A stretch of DNA of 64,000 nucleotides from Psammoneis japonica. Taxonomy: Eukaryota. The position numbers and the translations under genes are program-made. This document shows, piece after piece, positions 52,199 to 61,025 of the stretch. Positions within the stretch are counted from its first letter, which is position 1; each line of letters opens with the position of its first letter. Location: assembly GCA_008632985.1 (NCBI GenBank), contig QPGO01000035.1, positions 359,899 to 423,898 on the forward strand, read 5' to 3'. The notes below the pieces were generated by a model. That model made no database searches and was not told the DNA's origin. It worked only from the letters and a program-made list of their open reading frames with translations.

Positions 52199-53119
52199 AT
52201 TGTCAACCCATTGAGCAACCGCCATCGTCGTCGTTGATTTACCAACGACGCTATTTTAATTCTACGTGGACCTCCGTATATATTCTACATACATCGGCAA
52301 GTCTACGCGCATTCAATACCAGGGCATCGGCAGGAAGTTAACGTCACCGTCAAGTCTCCTTACCGCTGGATATCTGGATTGATTATACTACCTTTGATCG
52401 CTGAAGACATACATTCAACGGTCATATCCAAGTCTATCCTTGATCCTCATCCCTTGACATACCTATTCATCGGTTAACGGTCAAGAACCCTACATATTCA
52501 AGGATCTTCGTCGCTGAAGACACACATATATATACACATCTTCACGGCCAAGAACCTGTACCCACTCTTCGGACTGCGGTTTTGCTGCCACTCTACAAGC
52601 ACACCGAGTCCAATGTACCTGATCTACCCCGGACTGCTGGTGCTCTACAGTTCCACTAGGTCCACGAGGACGACTGTGAGAGCAAGCAGCCGTGATCACA
52701 GCCTGCGTTGGGGCGAGGGTGCTTTCCCGCGTTTGTTCGTTCGTCCACAGCGCCTGGCGCCTACGTCAACTGGCCAGCCTGATCGGGAAATCCAACCGAT
52801 GTAAAACAAGAACGGTTCGGGGGTCTTGTCCACCTCTGGTCAGCTCACCTGCAGGGGTTTGCAACCCGCCACTCCGCTCGCAAGCAACCCAAAGCGCCGC
52901 CAGCTGCGGGTTCGGACGTGCCGGCACAACTCTACGGACCGGATGGGAAGTTAGCACTTGACAACGAACGGGACAACAAAGCCCGGCGACTTCTGATTTT
53001 AAGATGGTTCAAGATTTCAAGTCAAGTCTGTTTCAAGTCAAGTCTGTTCTCACCCAAGTTTCGAGTCTACCTTCGCTTCCCAACCAGAGTTGATTGTCCT
53101 GACACCATTTTTGTCCACC

Positions 53120-56100
53120 ATGGTTCTCACTCGTCAGCAACAAACCGATGGTTTCGAGCACGTGGTTGGAACCGTGCTTGCCCAAGGTGCTGGGAGTCCT
53201 CTTCGTTTGGCTTTGGCCCAAGACGGCACGGACTCACATCAGGAACTGTTGACGTTCATGCCGTCCCAAATCGACTCGCTTGAGCACGACAACGGCACTG
53301 ATGTGATCCCTTTGCCCTGTGGTTACAAGAACATGTCAGCAGCACCAGTCAGTCTGTGCATTGTCAAAGCACACAAAGGTCTTGACGTTGCCAACGACTC
53401 CTCTTTGTTCACGCATGACGAGTTCCTTGCCTGCCGCCTCAGCCCCGACTGCATGTCTTCTGTGTCCATTGGCAGCTCACCCCTTGCACCTCCACATGTC
53501 ACCAACCCGACCAAGGCACGCGACCCGGTGCGGGACTTCAAGCGAGGCATCAAGCGTGATCCCACCGCTTTCACGGCTCTCAAATCCGACAAGCAGTGGC
53601 ACACTTGGCACACCTCACTTGTGGCACAAGCCCATGCCCAAGACGTCGAGTGCATTCTAGACTCGTCGTACAAACCGACCAGCCCCGAAGACAAACTGCT
53701 CTTTGCTGAACAGCAAAAGCACATGTTCGCCATCTTCGAACGCATCCTTCTCACCGACAAGGGCAAGGCTCTCATTCGCGAAAATGTGGGGTCTTCTGAT
53801 GCACAGACCGTCTGCCGCTCCTTGTCTGAGTGCGCGCTTGCCTCCACCCGCGCATCTGTCGAGTCCTCCACCCTGCTCACGTGCCTCACCACCGCGCGTC
53901 TTGGTGATGGCACTTGGAAAGGTCCGACCCACGGGTTCATCCTTCATTGGCAAGATCAGTTGCGCAAGTGCGAGGCACTCATCCCGGCCAGTGACCACTT
54001 CTCTGAAGGACAGAAGCGCGTCATGCTCGAGAATGCCGTGCACCCTGTCGAGGAACTCCGTGCTGTCAAGAACCAAGCTGATCAGCATCGCACGCAGAGT
54101 GGCAAGAGCCTCACATGCGATCAATGCTGTGGCTTGCTCCTCTCCGCGGCAGCTCAGCACGACAGCACGTTTCAACCCAAGACGACACCTCGAGCTCCCC
54201 GACGCGCCACATGCGCACACGACGTCTGCTCCGAGGAACCGTCCGACGATGTGTTCTGCGACATTGACAGCGACGTTGACGTCCTTCAAGCCAATGCTGC
54301 CTGCACCCGCGGTCCCAGCCTCACCGGTGTCCAATGGAGACGTCTCCCTCCCGACCACCAACGGCTCTGGGATTCGTTGCCCGATTCCTCCAAGGCGATC
54401 ATCCTTGAGCATTCTCGTCCACCTCCCCGCAACCCGCGAGCCAGCAACTGCCATGAGTCTGTTACGGCCAACCTTCACAACCAACGCCTTGGGAGTGACG
54501 GTGATGTCCACTTGTCCAACACGACTCCTGCTGACTCTGGTGACTCTGCCCCACATGTGGACGCCACTTCGGACAATCCCATCCTGGCGCACCTCACCAA
54601 GCGCAAGCCACTGCCACCCGGTGATCTGCAACGTCTGTTGTCTCCTAACCAAGCCCCCAATGCCAGTCGACCGGGGCCATCCGCCGCTTCCTCTACCCCG
54701 CCAGCTTCTGCAGATGACACAGAACTTAACGGCCGCACTTGCCGCCGCGTTGACAACCACAATGTCATTTGCTCTGCCTCTGCTCATCGATCCACACGCA
54801 CTGGCGCTCTAGTCGATCGTGGGGCCAACGGCGGCATTGCTGGCGACGACGTTCGCGTCATTGCACGCACCTCTCGCCAAGTCGACGTTCAGGGCATTGA
54901 CGATCATCAATTGGTGGACATCCCCATTGTCACCGCTGGTGCCGTCATTGAGACCCAGCGTGGTCCCGTCATCGCCATCCTCCATCAGTGCGCGTGCACG
55001 GGAAAGGGCAAGACCATCCATTCCTGCGGCCAGCTCGAATGGTGCAAACAGGATGTCAACGATCGCTCTGTCAAGGTGCCCAACGGCTTGCAACGCACCG
55101 CCACTCCTGATGGCCATGTCATCCCCATTGACATCAAGGCTGGCCTGCCTCATGTTGCCATGCGACCTTGCACTGACGCCGAATGGGACACCCTGCCCCA
55201 TGTCATCCTCGCCGGTGATGACACATGGGACCCTTCCGTCCTCGATCACTCTGTCACTGACGACGACCAGTGGCACGACGCGATCTCTGACCTGCAGGAC
55301 GATCCCACTGCCAACCTGTTTGACGAATGCGGCAACTACCGTCATCGTGTCGTTGTCAACGAGACCATCTTGTCCGCTTCCTTGTCTGCCGATCACGCGT
55401 CCGCCCTCGATGATCACCTCATTCCGAACGACGACGTGTTCTACGAGTGTCATCTGCATGCGATTGCCCCCCAGGGCGATGACGTTCCACCTCCGGAGCG
55501 CACTGTACAGCCCAAGGACCCCCCCTTCGAGTCTCTTCGGCCTTGCTTTGGCTTCCCACCTGCCGATGCGGTCCGTCGTGCTTTTGACTGCACCACGCAG
55601 CACGCCCGCATGCCCGCCGGTACACACCTTCGCAAGGCCTGCAAATCACCCAACCCCGCCCTTAATGTGCACCGCCGCAACGAGCCTGTCGCCACTGACA
55701 CCGTTTGTGCCGACACCCCGGCCGTCGACTCTGGTTGCACCAGCGCCCAACTGTTTGTTGGCACCGAGTCTACCGTCACTGACGTCTACGGCACTAAGAC
55801 GGACAAAGAGTTTGTCAACACACTCGAGGATCAGATCTGTGCACGTGGTGCCCCATCCAAACTCATTGGCGACCGTGCTCAAGTTGAGATCAGCAACAAA
55901 GTGCTCGGGATCCTGCGCGCCCTCTTCATCTCTAGCTGGCAAAGTGAGCCTCACCAGCAACACCAAAACTTTGCCGAGCGTCGACACCAGACCGTGAAGC
56001 GCATGGCGAACACTGTCATGGATCGTTTTGGTTCGCCCGCCCACACATGGCTGCTGGCGCTCATGTGCGTGTGCTTCATGCTCAACCATGCAGCGTCCCC

Positions 56101-58789
56101 ACGTCTCCACTGGCGCACGCCCCTCGAGACTCTCACTGGCTCCACCCCGGACATCAGCCCATTGCTTCGCTTTCACTGGTGGGAACCCGTGTGCTTCCAC
56201 CTCGATGACTCCGATTGGCCGTCTGAATCCCGTGAGTTGCGTGGACGCTTCGTTGGCATTGCTGAGCATGTCGGCCACCAGATGACCTTCAAGATTCTAT
56301 CTGACGAGACTCAGAAGATCCTCCACCGGTCCAACGTCCGCTCCGCTGCCCCCGATCCTGCCGTTCGAAACCTGCGTCTTGATCCTCCTGATGGGGAGCC
56401 ACCTGAACCCATCATCAAATCTCGCCATGACGACAACCCCGTCGACTCTCCTGATGGGGAGATCAGGACACCCAAGATGCCAGTTTTCGATCCGCAAGAC
56501 ATCATTGGACGTACCTTCCTCATGCAGCCACAAGAGGACGGACAACGCCACAGAGCTCGCATCGTCAAGGCCGTCGAAGACCACGAATGGAAAGTGAACG
56601 GCAATCCCGAGCTCACTAAGTTCGTCTGCTCTGTCAACAATGACGAATACGAGGAAGTCCTTGCCTGCAATGACATCATGAATCACATTGAGCAAGAAGA
56701 CGAAGACACCACTGTTTGGAAATTTCGACGCATCGTGTCACACGAAGGACCTCTGAAGCCTCACGACCCAACCTGGAAAGGCTCCAGCTACAACATCATG
56801 CTTGAATGGGAAAGTGGGGAGATCACGTCCGAGCCTCTTGCCATCATCGCCAAGGACGACCCCGTCACCTGTGCCATCTATGCACGAGAGAACGGACTCC
56901 TCGACACGGATGGCTGGAAGCGGTTCCGCACCATCGCGAGGCGCCAAAAGAAGCCATTTCGCATGGCCAACCAAGCCAAGCTTCGCTCCTTCCGCACTGC
57001 ACCCCGCTACAAGTGTGGACACGAAGTTCCCCGCAACTGCAAACACGCCATGTCACTAGACGAACGCAACGGCAACCGCAAGTGGGGAGACGCAACCAAT
57101 CTCGAGATGGACCAACTCGACGAATACGAAGTCTTCCATGACTGCGGGCCCTTCAAGTCTTCCACTCCTCCTGCGGGACACAAGAAGATCCGAGTGCACC
57201 CAGTGTACGATGTGAAACACGACGGTCGCCACAAGGCACGACTCGTAGCTGACGGGCACCTCACGGACGTACCTGTCGACAGTGTCCACTCCGGAGTAGT
57301 CTCCCTCCGTGGCCTTCGGCTGATGATTTTCCTGGCCGAACTCAACGAGTTGGAGACATGGGCCACCGACATTGGCAATGCCTACCTTGAAGCCACCACC
57401 AAGGAGAAGCTTTACATTGTGGCTGGACCCGAGTTCGGCAAACTCGAAGGACACATCCTTGTCATCCACAAGGCACTGTGTGGACTGCGCAGCTCCGGTC
57501 TCCGCTGGCACGAGCGCTTCGCCGACTGCCTGCGAGCTGAAGGCTTCTTCCCCTGCTGCACCGAACCCGACATTTGGATGCGCAGGAACGGCGACCACTG
57601 TGAACACATTGCCGTTTATGTGGATGACCTCGCCATTGCCATGAAGGACCCTCAATCTTTCGTTGACACTCTCACGGAAAAGCACAAGTTCAAGCTCAAG
57701 GGTGCGGGACCCATTGAGTTCCATCTGGGTTGCGACTTTTCCCGGGAACCCGACGGAACCTTGTGCCTGTCTCCGCGCAAGTACATCGAGCGCATGGTCG
57801 ACAGCTGTGCCCGACTGTTTGGGGAGAAACCCACCACCAACGCCCTGTCACCTCTAGAGAAGGGTGACCACCCCGAACTGGACACTTCCGAACTGCTGGG
57901 ACCCGATGGCATTCACAAGTTCCAGTCTCTTGTTGGTTCACTCCAATGGGCAGTGTCTCTTGGTCGAATTGACATTGCCACGGCCGTCATGTCACTCTCT
58001 AGCTTCCGAGCTGCGCCCCGTCAAGGCCACTTGGATCGTGCCAAACGCGTCTGTGGGTGCCTCTCCAAGATGCGACACGGTGCTCTCCGCGTTCGTACGG
58101 AAGAGCCCGACCATTCGGATCTCCCTGCTCCGGCCTGTGAATGGATGCATTCCGTGTGTGGTGAAGCAGAAGAGATGATCCCGAAGGACGCTCCACCGCC
58201 CCTTGGCAAGTTCGTCACTACCACCCACTGCGTCGATGCAAACTTGCACCATTGCATGCTCACCGGACGCTCTGTCATGGGAATGCTCCACTTCCTCAAC
58301 AAATTCCCGGCTGATTGGTTCTCTAAGAAACAAGCCACCGTGGAGACTGCGACCTGCGGGTCTGAATTTGTTGCCGCAAGGACTTGTGTTGAGCAGATTG
58401 TCGACCTGCGCATCACCCTGCGCCACCTTGGCGTCCCGATCCGCAATGTTAGTTACATGTTCGGTGACAACAAGTCGGTTGTAGACAGTGCCACCATCCT
58501 GCACTCCAAGTTACACAAGCGACACACCGCACTGTCGTTCCACCGTGTGCATGAGGCAATTGCCTCTGGTTGCCTTGAGTTCCACTTCATCGAAGGCTCC
58601 CGCAACCCTGCTGACATTCTCAGCAAGCATTGGGGTCACTCCCAAATCTGGGACCTTCTCCGCCCCCTCATGTTCTGGAACTTCATTCCATCCGAAGTCG
58701 AATCTGTTTCTGTGGCTCCTCAAGCAAACTGGGGAGTGACAGGATTTGAACAGGATTTGGGTGCGCGCGAAGCATCGCGCGCTGTTTAG
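53120..58789 (+). CDS. Copia gag-pol polyprotein, open but Tyr-depleted; activity doubtful
   Basis: Uninterrupted ORF from MVLTRQ. PR LVDRGANGG, integrase, RT DIGNAYLEA and YVDD, RNase H. Motifs altered to KALCGL, ETATCGSEF, THCVDA. Confidence 0.9.
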   Translation: MVLTRQQQTDGFEHVVGTVLAQGAGSPLRLALAQDGTDSHQELLTFMPSQIDSLEHDNGTDVIPLPCGYKNMSAAPVSLCIVKAHKGLDVANDSSLFTHDEFLACRLSPDCMSSVSIGSSPLAPPHVTNPTKARDPVRDFKRGIKRDPTAFTALKSDKQWHTWHTSLVAQAHAQDVECILDSSYKPTSPEDKLLFAEQQKHMFAIFERILLTDKGKALIRENVGSSDAQTVCRSLSECALASTRASVESSTLLTCLTTARLGDGTWKGPTHGFILHWQDQLRKCEALIPASDHFSEGQKRVMLENAVHPVEELRAVKNQADQHRTQSGKSLTCDQCCGLLLSAAAQHDSTFQPKTTPRAPRRATCAHDVCSEEPSDDVFCDIDSDVDVLQANAACTRGPSLTGVQWRRLPPDHQRLWDSLPDSSKAIILEHSRPPPRNPRASNCHESVTANLHNQRLGSDGDVHLSNTTPADSGDSAPHVDATSDNPILAHLTKRKPLPPGDLQRLLSPNQAPNASRPGPSAASSTPPASADDTELNGRTCRRVDNHNVICSASAHRSTRTGALVDRGANGGIAGDDVRVIARTSRQVDVQGIDDHQLVDIPIVTAGAVIETQRGPVIAILHQCACTGKGKTIHSCGQLEWCKQDVNDRSVKVPNGLQRTATPDGHVIPIDIKAGLPHVAMRPCTDAEWDTLPHVILAGDDTWDPSVLDHSVTDDDQWHDAISDLQDDPTANLFDECGNYRHRVVVNETILSASLSADHASALDDHLIPNDDVFYECHLHAIAPQGDDVPPPERTVQPKDPPFESLRPCFGFPPADAVRRAFDCTTQHARMPAGTHLRKACKSPNPALNVHRRNEPVATDTVCADTPAVDSGCTSAQLFVGTESTVTDVYGTKTDKEFVNTLEDQICARGAPSKLIGDRAQVEISNKVLGILRALFISSWQSEPHQQHQNFAERRHQTVKRMANTVMDRFGSPAHTWLLALMCVCFMLNHAASPRLHWRTPLETLTGSTPDISPLLRFHWWEPVCFHLDDSDWPSESRELRGRFVGIAEHVGHQMTFKILSDETQKILHRSNVRSAAPDPAVRNLRLDPPDGEPPEPIIKSRHDDNPVDSPDGEIRTPKMPVFDPQDIIGRTFLMQPQEDGQRHRARIVKAVEDHEWKVNGNPELTKFVCSVNNDEYEEVLACNDIMNHIEQEDEDTTVWKFRRIVSHEGPLKPHDPTWKGSSYNIMLEWESGEITSEPLAIIAKDDPVTCAIYARENGLLDTDGWKRFRTIARRQKKPFRMANQAKLRSFRTAPRYKCGHEVPRNCKHAMSLDERNGNRKWGDATNLEMDQLDEYEVFHDCGPFKSSTPPAGHKKIRVHPVYDVKHDGRHKARLVADGHLTDVPVDSVHSGVVSLRGLRLMIFLAELNELETWATDIGNAYLEATTKEKLYIVAGPEFGKLEGHILVIHKALCGLRSSGLRWHERFADCLRAEGFFPCCTEPDIWMRRNGDHCEHIAVYVDDLAIAMKDPQSFVDTLTEKHKFKLKGAGPIEFHLGCDFSREPDGTLCLSPRKYIERMVDSCARLFGEKPTTNALSPLEKGDHPELDTSELLGPDGIHKFQSLVGSLQWAVSLGRIDIATAVMSLSSFRAAPRQGHLDRAKRVCGCLSKMRHGALRVRTEEPDHSDLPAPACEWMHSVCGEAEEMIPKDAPPPLGKFVTTTHCVDANLHHCMLTGRSVMGMLHFLNKFPADWFSKKQATVETATCGSEFVAARTCVEQIVDLRITLRHLGVPIRNVSYMFGDNKSVVDSATILHSKLHKRHTALSFHRVHEAIASGCLEFHFIEGSRNPADILSKHWGHSQIWDLLRPLMFWNFIPSEVESVSVAPQANWGVTGFEQDLGAREASRAV
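58731..58736 (+). promoter_or_regulatory. Short polypurine tract before the 3' LTR
   Basis: ggggag immediately precedes tgacagg; the same holds in copy 1 and the 12.6-kb relic. Confidence 0.7.
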
Positions 58790-59013
58790 TTTGACCGTGC
58801 ACAGTTTTGTGTGCTTTAGTTCCGCGCGTTCACGCGCGATGTAGTTTGCTTTCGAGCCACAAGGCTCACAAGAACAACAACAGTAGCCCGATCACACCGA
58901 CTCACACGTCTTTCGGCTCCTGTGACAGTCTCTGAGCGGAGACTCATCTGCCATTTAGACAGCAGCAAGGAGTTGTTGTTTGAATTCTTGCCATTTGCCT
59001 TCAATTTCTGTCA
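58737..59013 (+). repeat. 3' LTR of copia copy 2
   Basis: Direct repeat of 51906-52181 with a 1-nt insertion. Confidence 0.97.
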
Positions 59014-59018
59014 TCAAC

Positions 59019-60780
59019 CCTCCAACAATGGGTTTGTCCTTGAGTGCATTGAGGCCATGCCACTGGTCATGAATTGACTTGACATGACTGCAGCCTCTCC
59101 AATGGGTTGCAGATTCATGCCACCCCATTGGAGTGGCTGCAGCTTTGCCATTGTCAAGTTTAGAAACAGCAACAGCAACAACAGACCCTTTGGGTGCCAG
59201 TGCCCCAACTTCTCCTTGTGCCCCAGAAAGACCAAATTGTCTTCATCCATTGAGCAATCCACTTGCAGCCATGGTGAGCTGCCCAGCTGCCACAGATTTT
59301 TGTTCTCTCATTTTCGTGGTGCTCCTCTCCCACAAAACAATCAACTTTGTTGTCAACTTGCTGTGAACAATTTTCTGCAGCTGTGGATCATTCATGGGGG
59401 GGGGGGGCTCTGGGAAGGACAGCAGAAAGAGATGCATCAGCAGGAGAAGGTGCAGCATTTTGCAGGCTCTTGCACATCATCTTTTGAAGCTCCAGAAACA
59501 TCAGTTTCTTGAACACCTCCAGTTTGAAAAGTGGGTGTCATGCTCATTTGACGCAAAGCTCCAGTGCCATTGCCGCAGCATTTTGAAGCACAACACATCT
59601 CAGCTCTTTCAAAAGCACCAAGAAGTCAGTGGCTGTGTGTTGACCTTGATTGGTGCTCTCCATGGACGTGATCACTGAGTTGCAGGAAAATTCCACAAAC
59701 AGAAATGTCATCTTCTGCAGCTCCTCTAGTGGCACAACTGTCATTCTTGGGTTGCAGTGCATGCCACTGGCTTTGTGAAAATGGCCTTTTGCACATGTGG
59801 CTTGCATGGGTGGTTTTGTTTCTCCTGTGTCTTTGGGCCCCAATTGCCGAGCATGCATGTTTCATCACTGGGTGGCTCCAGGAATTCCATCTGGACCAAG
59901 CCAAGAACTCTTCCAATGTGCACACAGTGGTTCATTGGAGTTCCAAGCTGCTTGCCCACTTTTTTAATGGCACTGTCACTGGTTGAATCTGAGATGATTG
60001 TTGTGCAGTTGGAGGATCTCAAGTGAGCAAGAAGCTCAAACCACGAGACTTGTTGTCAGCAAAGTTGGGCGGGTCATCCATTTTGCCAGCAACCTGAAAT
60101 CGACACAAGAGCACAAATCCAAGAGCTCCCACACTGCAGAGAAGGACATTGAGGTGCCTCATGCTGGGGCCATGCAACTTGCTGATCCCATGGCCAGTCT
60201 TCCCAGTCAACATCTGCACAATCAGCAGTGTCAGTGGATGCAGGCCCAATTCTTTCTGGACCTTGAGGCACAACAAGTCAGACAGCTCTGCTTTGTGCAC
60301 AGATTCACTGTGTGAGATTGCTGCTTTGTGTTTGCAAGAAGCAGTTTTGGTTCCTTGAGCCAGAAAAAGCCTGGCATGTGGAGCTGCGTCCACTCTTCCA
60401 TGAACAGCACTTGACACTGCCAAGTTCGTTCATGATCAATCTTTTCTTTGCAGCTCTTCTTGTTGATTCTTTCCTTCCTATTTTCAACTGTTTTCATCAA
60501 CCTTTCAGTCTCCTCTGTCCAAAAGAACTCCCATGGCAGCGAGCTTGCATTCTGAGCAACGTGCCCGAGTGCAAACTTGTTTGATGGAGTGCTTGTGCTG
60601 CATCATCACACTGTGGCCTGGGAGGGTTTGAGGCTCTGGCATTTCTGCAATGACACCTTGAAGGCATTCTTCACAAACCTTCTGAATTCTGTGAAAATCT
60701 GCTCCATCAAAATTGCCCTTCGGCGCCGATTTCCCGTGCTTCCGCTTGCCGCCTTGGTTTTTTCTTTTGTCGAAATGACT
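59019..60780 (-). mobile_element. Decayed DNA-transposase-like relic, possibly piggyBac-like, interrupted by copia copy 2 (continues at about 51500-51900)
   Basis: TA/CG-depleted coding-like relic with weak motifs (KQNHPCKPH like RKPH; gac-ttct-tgg-tgc like DSWY near 59615). Family call tentative. Confidence 0.3.
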
Positions 60781-61025
60781 GACAGCGCACAAACTCGCTC
60801 GCATGTTTTTGTTTGGACACCGTGGTACCCAAGGCCGGAATAACTCGCAAGAGATTGTATGGTGGGCGAATTGAAAGCCTTCCTGGCAATGGGCAACCGA
60901 TTAGTAATCAATGAGTTATTGTTGTTATTATTATTATTATTAACCGCACGCATAATCGACGTTTTATACAAAAATCAAAGACACACGAGTGACGTCCATT
61001 GAGAAGAACCCTTTTGGCTGCATGC

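Larger units (their letters stand above)
51906..59013 (+). mobile_element. Full-length Ty1/copia LTR retrotransposon (CoDi-like), copy 2, 7108 bp, TSD TCAAC
   Basis: LTRs 51906-52181 and 58737-59013; tcaac at 51901-51905 and 59014-59018; single gag-pol ORF. Confidence 0.97.

Noticed and set aside
51906..52810. Classical RIP (CA->TA) acting on the 5' LTR of copy 2
   Set aside because: Conserved Tyr motifs and three-way TA/TG/CA sites indicate TA is ancestral, and no new stops appear in pol.
53120..58789. Alternative genetic code or RNA editing as the explanation for Tyr->Cys/His
   Set aside because: Neighbouring host genes use Tyr normally. The changes are strand-symmetric, differ between LTRs of one element and also affect non-coding repeats.
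58720..58789. Original pol stop lost by TAA->CAA, causing read-through into the LTR
   Set aside because: Both young copies and the 12.6-kb relic have CAA here, so there is no direct evidence of an ancestral stop.
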